The notes beneath the pieces are model-generated. The model ran no database searches. It was not told where the DNA came from and worked only from the letters and a program-made list of their open reading frames with translations. From NCBI GenBank assembly GCA_963663385.2, contig CAXXXD010000003.1, positions 1,280,001 to 1,344,000 of the forward strand: a DNA stretch of 64,000 nt, read 5' to 3'. The position numbers and the translations under genes are program-made. Shown piece by piece: positions 8,671 to 18,808 of the stretch. Within the stretch, counting starts at the first letter, position 1. Each line of letters starts with the position of its first letter. The DNA comes from Oceanispirochaeta sp. (lineage in GTDB: Bacteria; Spirochaetota; Spirochaetia; DSM-2461).

Positions 8671-11337
8671 ATGAGTCAAAAACAATTTGTTTATTTTTTT
8701 GGTGGCGGTTCGGCAGAAGGCAAAGCCGAGATGAAGGATTTTCTGGGTGGAAAAGGGGCAAACCTTGCCGAAATGACTAACCTGGGTATTCCTGTACCTC
8801 CCGGTTTTACTATTTCAACAGAAGTTTGCGATATATATTATAAAAATGATAAAACCTATCCTGAGTTTGTTGTAAAAGCTGTTGAAGAAAACCTGAAAAA
8901 ACTGGAAGCTCAGATGAAAATGAAACTGGGTGACCATGATAATCCCCTCCTGGTTTCAGTACGTTCCGGTGCAGCTGTGTCCATGCCCGGTATGATGGAT
9001 ACAGTCCTGAACCTTGGATTGACAGAAAAAGCAGTTGAAGGACTTGCTGCAAAATCAGGAAATGAGAGATTTGCCTGGGATGCTTATAGAAGATTTATTC
9101 AGATGTTTGGAGATGTTGTCAAAGGCGTTCCCCATTCTGCTTTTGAAGGTGCTCTTGAATCTATCAAAAGAGAGAAGGGCGTAGAATACGACAATGAACT
9201 GGATGCGGATGATCTCAAAAAAGTAGTTTCCAGATATTTGTCTGTTTATAAGGATGCCGTAAAAGAACCCTTCCCTCAGGATCCCAAAGTTCAGCTCTGG
9301 GCAGCTATCGATGCGGTTTTCGGTTCATGGAACAATGACAGAGCCATCAAATACAGAGATATAAATAAAATCGAAGGATTGATTGGTACTGCCGTAAATG
9401 TGCAATCCATGGTTTTTGGTAACTTCGGTGAGACTTCCGGTACCGGAGTCTGTTTCTCCAGGGATCCCTCTACCGGAGAAAACTATTTTTATGGCGAATA
9501 CCTGATGAATGCTCAGGGTGAGGATGTTGTTGCAGGTATCAGAACACCCGAGAAGCTGGTAACCCTTAAGGAAAAAAGCCCTGCCGAATATGCCCAGCTG
9601 GTAGAGATCAAGGACCGCCTGGAAGCTCATTACAAAGATATGCAGGATATGGAATTCACCATTCAGGATGGTCAGCTCTTTCTGCTGCAGACAAGAAATG
9701 GTAAACGAACCGGTCAGGCAGCCGTACAGATCGCCTATGATCTGGTAAAGGAAGGGATGATTTCAAAAGAAGAAGCCATCATGCGTGTATCCCCCGCTCA
9801 GCTGGATCAGCTTCTTCATCCTATGATTGACCCCAAGACTAAAAAAACAATCAACCCCATTGCTGTCGGTCTGAATGCTTCACCCGGTGCAGCAACCGGA
9901 AAAATTGTTTTCACGGCCGAAGATGCGGAAGCATGGTTCCTTAGAGGAGAGCAGGTTGTACTTGTCAGAAAAGAGACATCTCCCGAGGACATCGGCGGTA
10001 TGAATGTAGCTCAGGGTATCCTGACTTCAACAGGAGGAATGACCTCGCACGCAGCTGTTGTAGCCCGTGGAATGGGAACCCCCTGTGTAGCCGGTTGTAA
10101 AGAACTGGTTATCAATATGGAAACAAGAACACTCACCGTTGGAGATAAAGTCTTCAGGGAAGGAAACTGGATTTCTATGGACGGAACAGACGGTCTGGTT
10201 TACGAAGGGACCATCGATCTGGTTCAGCCTGAGCTTTCCGGCAATCTGAACACCTTCCTGACATGGGCGGATGAGATTAGAAAATCCGCCAAAAGAGAAG
10301 GTGTGGCAGACGGGTTTGGAATAAGAACTAATGCAGACCTTCCCAAAGATGCGGAAAAGGGACGGGAATTCGGCGCTGAGGGTATCGGTCTCTGTCGTAC
10401 GGAACATATGTTTTTTGACGAAGACAAGTTGAAATCCTTCCGGATCATGATTGTTGCGGATAACAAACAAAGAAGAATAGAATCTCTAAAAGAGATTATG
10501 GCTCTTCAGGTTGCGGATTTTGAAGGCATCTTCAGGGCAATGGACGGTCTACCCGTTAATATCAGACTCCTTGATCCTCCTCTTCATGAGTTTGTTCCCC
10601 GCTCAAAGCGGGATATTGCGGAACTTGCTGACACCATAGGGATCAGTAAGGAAGATCTCCAGATTCGTCTGAACAGCCTGGAGGAACAAAACCCCATGCT
10701 TGGCCACAGAGGATGCCGGCTGGGTGTCACCTATCCCGAGATCTACGATATGCAGGTAGAAGCTATCGCCAGAGCAGCTGTAAAAGTACAGAAGGAAGGC
10801 ATTAAAGTTTTACCTGAAATCATGATACCTCTTGTTGGAACATATAAAGAGTTTGTTCCCCTTCGTGAAAGTGCGGAAAAAGTACTGAAAGACGTATTTG
10901 AAGAGACAGGTACAACTGTTGAGTATCAGATCGGTACAATGATAGAGATTCCCCGGGCTGCTCTGACAGCCGAGGATATAGCAAAATACGCCGATTACTT
11001 TTCTTTCGGAACAAATGACCTGACACAGATGACCTTCGGTTATTCCAGAGATGATGTTGGAAGTTTTGTTCCTGAATATATCAACAAAAAGATTCTCAAA
11101 GCCGATCCTTTCCAGACTCTGGACCAGCATGGTGTAGGCCAGTTGGTTGAGCTTGGAGTTCAGAGAGGACGCTCTACCAAACCAAACCTGAAAACAAGTA
11201 TCTGTGGAGAACACGGTGGAGATCCCGATTCCATCGATTTCTGTTACAGATCAGGACTGAATGTTGTGTCCTGTTCTCCTTTCAGGGTTCCCGTTGCAAG
11301 ACTGGCAGCTGCACAGGCTGTTATCCGCAATAGATAA
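8671..11337 (+). CDS. ppdK: Pyruvate, phosphate dikinase
   Basis: GGKGANLAEM, SVRSGA..SMPGMMDT, GGMTSHAAVVARG, GIGLCRTEHMF, FSFGTNDLTQ, ICGEHGG. Confidence 0.97.
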   Translation: MSQKQFVYFFGGGSAEGKAEMKDFLGGKGANLAEMTNLGIPVPPGFTISTEVCDIYYKNDKTYPEFVVKAVEENLKKLEAQMKMKLGDHDNPLLVSVRSGAAVSMPGMMDTVLNLGLTEKAVEGLAAKSGNERFAWDAYRRFIQMFGDVVKGVPHSAFEGALESIKREKGVEYDNELDADDLKKVVSRYLSVYKDAVKEPFPQDPKVQLWAAIDAVFGSWNNDRAIKYRDINKIEGLIGTAVNVQSMVFGNFGETSGTGVCFSRDPSTGENYFYGEYLMNAQGEDVVAGIRTPEKLVTLKEKSPAEYAQLVEIKDRLEAHYKDMQDMEFTIQDGQLFLLQTRNGKRTGQAAVQIAYDLVKEGMISKEEAIMRVSPAQLDQLLHPMIDPKTKKTINPIAVGLNASPGAATGKIVFTAEDAEAWFLRGEQVVLVRKETSPEDIGGMNVAQGILTSTGGMTSHAAVVARGMGTPCVAGCKELVINMETRTLTVGDKVFREGNWISMDGTDGLVYEGTIDLVQPELSGNLNTFLTWADEIRKSAKREGVADGFGIRTNADLPKDAEKGREFGAEGIGLCRTEHMFFDEDKLKSFRIMIVADNKQRRIESLKEIMALQVADFEGIFRAMDGLPVNIRLLDPPLHEFVPRSKRDIAELADTIGISKEDLQIRLNSLEEQNPMLGHRGCRLGVTYPEIYDMQVEAIARAAVKVQKEGIKVLPEIMIPLVGTYKEFVPLRESAEKVLKDVFEETGTTVEYQIGTMIEIPRAALTAEDIAKYADYFSFGTNDLTQMTFGYSRDDVGSFVPEYINKKILKADPFQTLDQHGVGQLVELGVQRGRSTKPNLKTSICGEHGGDPDSIDFCYRSGLNVVSCSPFRVPVARLAAAQAVIRNR

Positions 11338-11344
11338 TGTATTC

Positions 11345-11420
11345 AAAGGCCTGAAGTTTTCAGCCTTTTTATAGTATTTGTGTTAAGGGGCTGACGGTGT
11401 TGCCGTCAGCCCCTTTTGTT
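11345..11420 (+). terminator. Tandem terminator hairpins after ppdK
   Basis: AAAGGC-CTGAA..TTCAGCCTTTTT (11345-11370), then a perfect 13-bp stem AAGGGGCTGACGG/CCGTCAGCCCCTT plus T run (11385-11420). Confidence 0.8.
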
Positions 11421-11442
11421 ATTTATTAAGATGGAATAACTA

Positions 11443-11471
11443 TTGACAAGATGGATATATACGTCTAACTT
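11443..11471 (+). promoter_or_regulatory. Putative sigma-70 promoter for the ABC-F gene
   Basis: TTGACA-17 bp-TAACTT. Confidence 0.55.
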
Positions 11472-11514
11472 TCTGTTCGTGAATAGATGAAAATATAAAA
11501 GTAGGAGATTCCCT

Positions 11515-13152
11515 TTGATTACAGCCAGTAATATTACTTTGAGCTTTGGACATAGAGTTCTGTTTAAAGACGTTAATATAAAATTTACCCCAGGAAACTG
11601 TTATGGTCTTATCGGTGCCAACGGTTCCGGTAAATCAACCTTTCTCAAGATTCTTTCCGGAGAGATTGAACAGGATACGGGAGAAGTTATCATTCCTCCG
11701 GGAATGAGACTTGCTGTTCTTGCTCAGGACCATTTCGCTTTTAATGACTATACCGTATTGCATACAGTAATTATGGGCCACAAAAAGCTCTATGAAGTTA
11801 TGACTGAGAAAGATGCCATTTATATGAAAGAGGATTTTTCAGATGAAGATGGCATCCGGGCTTCCGAACTGGAAGCTGAATTTGCCGATCTCAATGGCTG
11901 GGAGGCGGAGAGCGAAGCGGCTACTCTGCTGGCAGGTTTGGGTGTAACAGAGGATATGCATGATAAACTGATGAAAGATGTCGACGATACGTACAAAGTC
12001 AGGATTCTGCTTGCTCAGGCAATTTTTGGAAATCCCGATATCCTGCTCCTTGATGAACCGACGAACCACCTGGATATCGAATCCATTAAATGGCTGGAGA
12101 ATTTCCTTTACAGTTTTCAAAATACAGTGATTGTTGTTTCCCATGACAGACACTTTCTAAATAAAGTTTGTACACATATTGCAGATATCGACTATAACAA
12201 GATTTCCGTTTTTGTAGGTAACTATATGTTCTGGCAGCAGGCCAGTCAGCTCTCCGCTATGCAGCGAAAGGATCAGGCAAAGAAACAGGAGGCCAAAGCA
12301 GCGGAATTGAAGGCTTTTATCCAGCGATTTTCGGCCAATGCGGCTAAAAGCAAGCAGGCTACCTCCCGTAAAAAGGAACTGGAAAAACTGGAATTGAATG
12401 AGCTTCCCAAAACCTCTCGCCGTTTTCCCTATGTTGCTTTTGAGCCCGAGAGAGAACCTGGTAGAATCATCCTTGAAGTAGATAATCTATCTAAAACCAT
12501 AGACGGAGAGAAGCTTTTTGAAAACTGGAGTCTTACAGTCGATAACACCGATAAGATTGCTTTTGTTGGACCGAATAACCAGTCAAAATCAGCCTTTATG
12601 GAAATCATAATGGGAAATCTTGAAGCTGATACCGGCACATACAACTGGGGAGTAACAACGACGACTTCCTATTTTCCCAAGGATAATACAGAATTTTTCA
12701 ATACCGATGAGAATATGACTGAATGGCTTAGAAAATATTCCAAGGAACAGGATGATGCCTATGTGCGGGGATTCCTGGGAAGGATGCTTTTTTCCGGGGA
12801 TGAATCACTAAAGAAAGTAAATATTCTCTCGGGAGGAGAGAAGGTTCGCTGTATGCTTTCCCGCATGATGCTCAGCAACCCCAATGTCGTTGTTCTGGAT
12901 GATCCAACAGCCCATCTTGACCTGGAATCCATTACATCTCTCAATAATGGTCTTATGGATTTCAAGGGCGTTGTAATCTTTTCCAGTCATGACCACCAGT
13001 TTATCAACACCATAGCCAACAGGATTATAGAATTCACTCCCGGCGGAATAATAGACCGCAGGATGACTTTTGAAGAATATCTAGAATCCGAAGATGTAAG
13101 AGTTCTGAGAGATAAGTATTACGGCGGAACACATCAGAGAATGATGATTTAG
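11515..13152 (+). CDS. ABC-F family ribosome-associated ATPase (YbiT/YkpA-like)
   Basis: Two NBDs (GANGSGKST, LLDEPTNHLD; LSGGEKVR), no TM segments, AAKSKQATSRKK linker; TTG start after GGAG. Confidence 0.9.
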   Translation: MITASNITLSFGHRVLFKDVNIKFTPGNCYGLIGANGSGKSTFLKILSGEIEQDTGEVIIPPGMRLAVLAQDHFAFNDYTVLHTVIMGHKKLYEVMTEKDAIYMKEDFSDEDGIRASELEAEFADLNGWEAESEAATLLAGLGVTEDMHDKLMKDVDDTYKVRILLAQAIFGNPDILLLDEPTNHLDIESIKWLENFLYSFQNTVIVVSHDRHFLNKVCTHIADIDYNKISVFVGNYMFWQQASQLSAMQRKDQAKKQEAKAAELKAFIQRFSANAAKSKQATSRKKELEKLELNELPKTSRRFPYVAFEPEREPGRIILEVDNLSKTIDGEKLFENWSLTVDNTDKIAFVGPNNQSKSAFMEIIMGNLEADTGTYNWGVTTTTSYFPKDNTEFFNTDENMTEWLRKYSKEQDDAYVRGFLGRMLFSGDESLKKVNILSGGEKVRCMLSRMMLSNPNVVVLDDPTAHLDLESITSLNNGLMDFKGVVIFSSHDHQFINTIANRIIEFTPGGIIDRRMTFEEYLESEDVRVLRDKYYGGTHQRMMI

Positions 13153-13217
13153 CCTCGGCTGACTATTCAGCTTCCCCTTTGGGGGGGGGCAGGGTAATTG
13201 GAAAGAGACCCTGGTTT

Positions 13218-13769
13218 ATGCAGTATTTAACTGAACGCCTTATTCTGAAAACTCTCACTCCGGAAGATACGAATTCCCTTTTTGCCTACTATAAAAGGAA
13301 CAGGGAATTCCTTCGAAAATGGGAACCCCTCAGAGATGACACCTATTACGCCGGAGAGTCAATAGAAAGAATGATCCGGGCTGAGAGTATCGAAAACGAA
13401 AGAAAAAGTTCCCTTCGTTTATACCTGTTCCGGCGTGGCGGTGATAAAAAAAAGATTATCGGATTCTGCGGGTTAACGAATATAGTTTACGGACCTTTTC
13501 TTTCCTGTTACCTGGGGTATAAACTGGATAAAGATGAAATTAACAAAGGCTTTATGACAGAAGCCGTTTCAAAATTAGTAAAAATAGCCTTTGATGATTA
13601 CAGACTGCACAGAATTGAATCAAATATTGTTCCTTCAAACATTCCTTCAAAACGGGTTATGGAAAAACTTAACTTTACGAAAGAGGGAATAAGCCGGAAA
13701 TATCTGAAAATCAATGGAAAATGGGAGGATCATATTCACTATGTCCTCCTTAACCCCACTTTTGATTAA
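13218..13769 (+). CDS. RimJ/RimL-family GNAT acetyltransferase
   Basis: TERLILK, LGYKLD..NKGFMTEAV, LHRIE, N.PSKRVMEKL.F..EG, INGKWEDH; start likely the ATG at 13218. Confidence 0.85.
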   Translation: MQYLTERLILKTLTPEDTNSLFAYYKRNREFLRKWEPLRDDTYYAGESIERMIRAESIENERKSSLRLYLFRRGGDKKKIIGFCGLTNIVYGPFLSCYLGYKLDKDEINKGFMTEAVSKLVKIAFDDYRLHRIESNIVPSNIPSKRVMEKLNFTKEGISRKYLKINGKWEDHIHYVLLNPTFD

Positions 13770-14425
13770 CTGTTCTCTTTATAAAAGGGCATGTGCAGCG
13801 AGAGAACTGCGAAACCGGAAGATAGGTCTTCCATCAACACAAGAATATGATCTTCGACTTTCAGCTTGATATTGGTAAAATTCCATATAGCCCGGATATC
13901 TGTGGTATTTAGAATATCAGCTACCGACTGGGCATAAACCGGTGGAACTGTCAAAATAGCCATGGTCGCACCGGTCTTTTTTATAATAGCGGGTAAATCC
14001 TCAGTGTTACGAATTTTAAGGCCATGTTTTTCTTTTCCGATTTTCTCTGGATCCGTATCAGTAATAGCCACAATCGACAGGCCATGATTTTTCAATTCAC
14101 GGTAATTCATCAGAGCCGAACCAAGGTTACCGGCACCTATGATAACAGCTTTGTGAGATGTATCCCAATTCAGAAATGATTCAATGGCATGTATAAGATC
14201 CAATACATTGTAACCGATTCTGGGTTTACCCGTTATGCCGGTTACAGCAAGATCTTTACGAACCTGAATAGGCTCAAGATCGAGATCCTTTGCGATAGTT
14301 GTGGCAGATATAATTGTAAGTCCCTCTTCTGAAGCTCGCTTTACAAGATTCAGATAGGATGGTAGCCTCTTGATAGTCGGTATACTGGCTATGGACTGTT
14401 TAAAATTTTCACTAATTTTGCTCAT
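13766..14425 (-). CDS. rex: Redox-sensing transcriptional repressor Rex
   Basis: TIKRLPSY, QVRKDL, G.PRIGY, IIGAGNLGSAL, AIWNFT. Confidence 0.92.
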   Translation of the reverse strand: MSKISENFKQSIASIPTIKRLPSYLNLVKRASEEGLTIISATTIAKDLDLEPIQVRKDLAVTGITGKPRIGYNVLDLIHAIESFLNWDTSHKAVIIGAGNLGSALMNYRELKNHGLSIVAITDTDPEKIGKEKHGLKIRNTEDLPAIIKKTGATMAILTVPPVYAQSVADILNTTDIRAIWNFTNIKLKVEDHILVLMEDLSSGFAVLSLHMPFYKENS

Positions 14426-14472
14426 TATTCATTCCGGTTTAATATCCTTGATACCTATAATCTTATTATAAT

Positions 14473-15636
14473 ATGGAAGAAATGAAAAGACGAAATATAG
14501 AAGTATCTGCATACAAGCGTCCAAGAATCGAGAATGCAAAGGTTGAGAAACTTGTCCCCGGCGGTGACGGCCTTATCCGGCATGAAGGGAAAGTGGTATT
14601 TATCCCGTCAGTTCTACCGGATGAAATCGTTGATGTAGAAATAACCGAACAGAAAAGAAGCTTTTCCAGGGGGATCTGTACGTCTATTCATACACCTTCA
14701 GTAGACCGAATAGCTCCCCGCTGTCCCTATTATAATGTATGCGGAGGGTGTAATCTGCAGCATCTGGATTATCCGAAACAGCTGGAATACAAACGGGGTT
14801 TTGTGCAGGAGCTGTTTTATAAATTTGCCGGTATTGATCTGGATGATGACTTTGAATTTATTCCCTCCAAACCATTTGCCTACAGGAACAGGGTTCAGAT
14901 TCACTGTGATGGACACACCATCGGATTCAAAGGAAGATCATCCGATGCGGTTATAGCAATTGATCACTGTCCCATTCTTGTTGACTCTCTTAATCAGTTT
15001 CTTAAAGAAGCGGAATTGTTAGAATATAATCATAGACTCAACCTTTTTGGTCTGGATGACAGGGTCTATCCTGCAGACACTAAAGAGGATATTACTTTGG
15101 ATATCCTGGAAAAATCGGTCAGCTTCCGGTCAGATATGTTTTTTCAGAGTAATCTCTTCCTCTTACCAGAACTGATCGAATTTGCATTGGCTGATTTGAA
15201 AGGACAGAAAGCCATGGATTTGTACTGTGGAACAGGACTTTTCTCTGTTTTTCTGAAGGAACGATTTTCTGAGATAACTGCGATTGAAATCAACCCGGAT
15301 GTTGAGGAGTATTACTGTAAAAATATGGAAGGGAGTTCTTTTGATTTTTACGGTTTATCTCTTGAAAACTGGTTAAAAAGAGGATTCCATAAAAACAGGG
15401 GATCTATGGATCTGATTGTGGTTGATCCGCCCCGAATCGGCTTGTCAAAATCAGTTCAGGATTTTTTATGTGAAAAACCTGTTCCGAGACTTGTCTATAT
15501 ATCCTGCGATCCGGCCACTCAGGCAAGAGATACAGCCCGGCTTCTTTCCAGCGGTTATATGATTGAGTCCATAAAGGGATTTGATTTCTACCCCCAGACC
15601 AATCATATGGAAACGGTAATTCGATTTATCAGGTAA
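14473..15636 (+). CDS. 23S rRNA (uracil-5)-methyltransferase, RlmD/TrmA family with TRAM domain
   Basis: TRAM N-terminus, CPYYNVCGGCNLQH, FFQSN, DLYCGTG, VDPPR, YISCDP, DFYPQTNHME. Confidence 0.88.
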   Translation: MEEMKRRNIEVSAYKRPRIENAKVEKLVPGGDGLIRHEGKVVFIPSVLPDEIVDVEITEQKRSFSRGICTSIHTPSVDRIAPRCPYYNVCGGCNLQHLDYPKQLEYKRGFVQELFYKFAGIDLDDDFEFIPSKPFAYRNRVQIHCDGHTIGFKGRSSDAVIAIDHCPILVDSLNQFLKEAELLEYNHRLNLFGLDDRVYPADTKEDITLDILEKSVSFRSDMFFQSNLFLLPELIEFALADLKGQKAMDLYCGTGLFSVFLKERFSEITAIEINPDVEEYYCKNMEGSSFDFYGLSLENWLKRGFHKNRGSMDLIVVDPPRIGLSKSVQDFLCEKPVPRLVYISCDPATQARDTARLLSSGYMIESIKGFDFYPQTNHMETVIRFIR

Positions 15637-15639
15637 ATC

Positions 15640-17064
15640 ATGAAAAGAATTCTTGTTCCGTTTGTATTACTTTTTCAACTCTTTTTATGGGGAGAAACAT
15701 GGGAAACAGCACTGGCGGGAATACTTACAACACCTCCTGCAGAAGGATTGGACGGCAGGATTTACTGTACCGCGGAAGACAGGGCTCTGCACGCTCTGGA
15801 TGGTGTAAACGGGAAGGAATACTGGAACTATCGTCCCGGACGCAGGCTTATTGAATTTACCATAGTTTCCCCGGACGGGACAATATTTGTACTTACAAGT
15901 CAAAAGGATCTGATTGCTGTCAGCCCCGGAGGCTGGGAGCTCTGGCGTTACCGCCTCAGAAATATCCCCGGGATTCATCCTGCCATTGATAACCGGGGTA
16001 TATTCTATTTAACCGGAGAGGAAAATTTTTTATACGGCATAGATAGAAGGGGAGTCGCCACAAGACTGTTTCAGCTCCCGGAACAGTACACAAACTTCTA
16101 TGTATGTCAGGATAACATTATCTTCAGAACAAGCGGCAAACTGGATGTATATAAAACAAACGGGACACTCTGCGGTTCAATTCAGACTGATACGGATAGG
16201 GTTGTAATCCGGGAAAACACTTTCTGGTGGGCGGATACCAGCGAGAAATGGAACCAGCTTGATTTAAAAAACCTGAAAGCTGTGCCGGCTGAATCCCCCC
16301 TGCCTGATCACCTGATCTACCCCGATCCGGGGATACTGATAACCGATGATAGCAGGATCGTATCCGGCAGAAAGGATTGGTTTATGGAGGCCTACCGTCA
16401 GGGAGCGGAGTCCTATAACAGCTACTACCAGCCGGGATGTAATTCCTCCCGAACCAATGGAAGCCGGGATATTACGGATAGTTGTACCGGAACTCCAGAT
16501 ATTCGGCTAAAGTCACTGGCCTATATCGCAAGTGATTCCCGTTACTTGAATCCTCTTTTAACGAATATGGAATCAGCAGATACTTTTTATGAACTGATAA
16601 ACGATTATCCGGATTACAGCCTGCAGCTTACAGAGCTGATTTCACGTTCATTCCGCAGAAGTCTGCATAACGAAGACAGGAACAACGAAATAGACTCTCA
16701 CAGCCTCTACCGTATCTACAGGCTTCTCTCCTGCTGGGGAGACCTGCAGACCAGAGAAGCTCTTATCCATTTTTGTTCTACTGAAGAGGATCCGGTTAAT
16801 CTGCGTGTCATCTACAGAGGTCTGGGTAGAATCGGCATGGACAGGGATGGACGGTCCATTACAGCTATATACAACTCTCTTACAAGAAATCCTCCCGATG
16901 AATTCTTGTTCCAGGAAGTTCTCTATTCTGCCCTTGATATTGCCCGGTATAATGGCGGGCGCTCCATGAAAATCTACTTTGAAATTATGAATAATGTCTC
17001 ATCACGGACAGGATCTCCCCGAACACGGGAAGTGATACGTAAAATCATGCGGGAACTTTTATGA
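15640..17064 (+). CDS. Exported protein with PQQ-like beta-propeller repeats and helical C-terminus
   Basis: Signal-like N-terminus; repeats DGRIY..LHALD..G.EYW and DGTIFV..LIAVS.GG.ELWRY. Confidence 0.6.
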   Translation: MKRILVPFVLLFQLFLWGETWETALAGILTTPPAEGLDGRIYCTAEDRALHALDGVNGKEYWNYRPGRRLIEFTIVSPDGTIFVLTSQKDLIAVSPGGWELWRYRLRNIPGIHPAIDNRGIFYLTGEENFLYGIDRRGVATRLFQLPEQYTNFYVCQDNIIFRTSGKLDVYKTNGTLCGSIQTDTDRVVIRENTFWWADTSEKWNQLDLKNLKAVPAESPLPDHLIYPDPGILITDDSRIVSGRKDWFMEAYRQGAESYNSYYQPGCNSSRTNGSRDITDSCTGTPDIRLKSLAYIASDSRYLNPLLTNMESADTFYELINDYPDYSLQLTELISRSFRRSLHNEDRNNEIDSHSLYRIYRLLSCWGDLQTREALIHFCSTEEDPVNLRVIYRGLGRIGMDRDGRSITAIYNSLTRNPPDEFLFQEVLYSALDIARYNGGRSMKIYFEIMNNVSSRTGSPRTREVIRKIMRELL

Positions 17065-17164
17065 TTTTGATAAATTGGAAATGATAAATAAAAAAACAAG
17101 CTGATTTTTCTTCTGTTCATCTTTATAATGATTAATAAATAGAGCACAGCAGGGGAGGCCCGCC

Positions 17165-18706
17165 TTGAAAAAAATGTATGCTATTGTAATGATGCTTATC
17201 TTTGGATCTTCGCTAATAACGGCTCAGACCGTATCGGAAGAGGAGATCCTTTCCATTAAGTCACGGGCATCCGAAATAGTCTTTGAAAACTATGTCGGTC
17301 CCATCACGGAATTCAGTACCAGAGAGGAAATTACGGGTATCGGGAAATTTCTGGGAGACAAAAGCCATTCATCCCCGTCCTGGGGAGAAAAATATAAACT
17401 ATTCCACTCTTTTCAACCAGAGATTCCTGAAGGACTGGACGGAGATATACTGGCTATACTGGAAAAAGCAGGTGTGGATCATATACGGAACCTCCGTATG
17501 ATTCTTTCAGGCTACCTGCAGTCCGTCTATGATTACAATGAGAAACAGGCTTCGGTTCTGGCCGAATTCATCACCTATTATAACGCTATCTACTATAAGA
17601 ATATGGACCACTTCAGAGCCCGTTATAAAACGGGTGTGCTGGAGTATATCTCATCCGAAAACGCCGGTCTTTCGACCCATTACAGTGAATGGGCTGGAAA
17701 ATCCCGGATTGTAATACCTGTTTCTGCGGGTAAATCCATTGGAGAAACAGAGGCTGAACTGGACACCTCTCTTATCTCCCAACCGGAAGTGGTGGAGGAG
17801 ATGCAGAAGGAAGAGGACAAAGCCCTGGATACCCGCAAGGAGATGGTGGAGATCAGGGAGGAGGAGATTGATAAGAAACAGGAGATAATCGATCAGGAAC
17901 AGAAAGTTCTGACCGAAGAAAAGCAAACTGTAGAAGAAGCCATTACAGAGATGGAAAAGGAACTGGAAGCTGCAGAGGAAGGGAGTCCTGATGAAGTACA
18001 GATAAAAGAGGAAATTCAGCAGCTGGAAGAGAAGGAAAAGGAAATTCAGGAGAAACAGGAAGTTCTGAAAGAAGAACAGAAAGAACTGGATAGAGAGCAG
18101 GATGAGGTCATCGAAATGCGCGAAGAGATCGCAAAGGATGAAAACATTCTTAAATCCGAAAAGAGTACTTTTGAGGAAGCTGCTCAGCCGGAAGAGCCTT
18201 CCATGATCTCTTCAACTGATGCTAAGTCACTCTGGTTTGTTATTATAGAAAAAGCGGGAACCCCGGCTTCATTCGGGTCCCTGTGTCAAATAACCGAAAC
18301 CGGAATGATCCTGAAAAAATCCGAACTGAACAGCGTGAGGGGCAATCAGGCGATCGATACGGGCAGCGGGATTGTTCTGATTGCCGGTAAGGATGAGAGT
18401 TCAACAACGGTCAATCCTGTCTTGATAGATCCCGAAACACTGGAAATAAAGAAAATGTCTGACAAGACGGTTTATGCCGGCAGTAACATCTGGACAGACA
18501 GTTCGTATCTCTATATTATAACCCGCAATAATTCCGATTGGGTTCTGGGTAAATATTCATATAAACTGGACTTGGAAGGTACGAGCGAAACAAAGGTGAA
18601 TCCCGATTCCGCCATACTCTTTGACACGGAGACTTTGATGATCCAGAATACCGGCGGTACAATTTCCGTACTATCCAAGGAGGATTTGTCGGAAGTTTTT
18701 CAATAG
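17165..18706 (+). CDS. P83/100-family spirochaetal exported protein
   Basis: Signal peptide, FENYVGP, GVDHIRNLRMILSGYL..Y.Y, FITYYNAIY, Glu-rich coiled coil; TTG start after GGAGG. Confidence 0.75.
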   Translation: MKKMYAIVMMLIFGSSLITAQTVSEEEILSIKSRASEIVFENYVGPITEFSTREEITGIGKFLGDKSHSSPSWGEKYKLFHSFQPEIPEGLDGDILAILEKAGVDHIRNLRMILSGYLQSVYDYNEKQASVLAEFITYYNAIYYKNMDHFRARYKTGVLEYISSENAGLSTHYSEWAGKSRIVIPVSAGKSIGETEAELDTSLISQPEVVEEMQKEEDKALDTRKEMVEIREEEIDKKQEIIDQEQKVLTEEKQTVEEAITEMEKELEAAEEGSPDEVQIKEEIQQLEEKEKEIQEKQEVLKEEQKELDREQDEVIEMREEIAKDENILKSEKSTFEEAAQPEEPSMISSTDAKSLWFVIIEKAGTPASFGSLCQITETGMILKKSELNSVRGNQAIDTGSGIVLIAGKDESSTTVNPVLIDPETLEIKKMSDKTVYAGSNIWTDSSYLYIITRNNSDWVLGKYSYKLDLEGTSETKVNPDSAILFDTETLMIQNTGGTISVLSKEDLSEVFQ

Positions 18707-18808
18707 GAATCGCCGCTCCAAGGGGCGGAGTATTCTTGTTCGGTTAAGGGTGCCGCTCTAGCGGCTCTGTAATGCATTTACCGAATAAAACTATTTCAAG
18801 GAGCTCAA

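Noticed and set aside
12560..12920. Degenerate second Walker A (GPNNQSKS) and LDDPT in the ABC-F protein as a sign of pseudogenisation
   Set aside because: The ORF is intact, and a degenerate second site is, to my knowledge, usual in this ABC-F subfamily.
13171..13190. G9 homopolymer as a phase-variation tract or the start of the GNAT gene
   Set aside because: It pairs with the adjacent CTTCCCC as a hairpin and lies upstream of the likely ATG at 13218; nothing supports slippage control.
17790..18200. Purine-rich repetitive-looking DNA
   Set aside because: It encodes the Glu/Lys-rich coiled coil of the P83/100 protein and is not a DNA repeat array.
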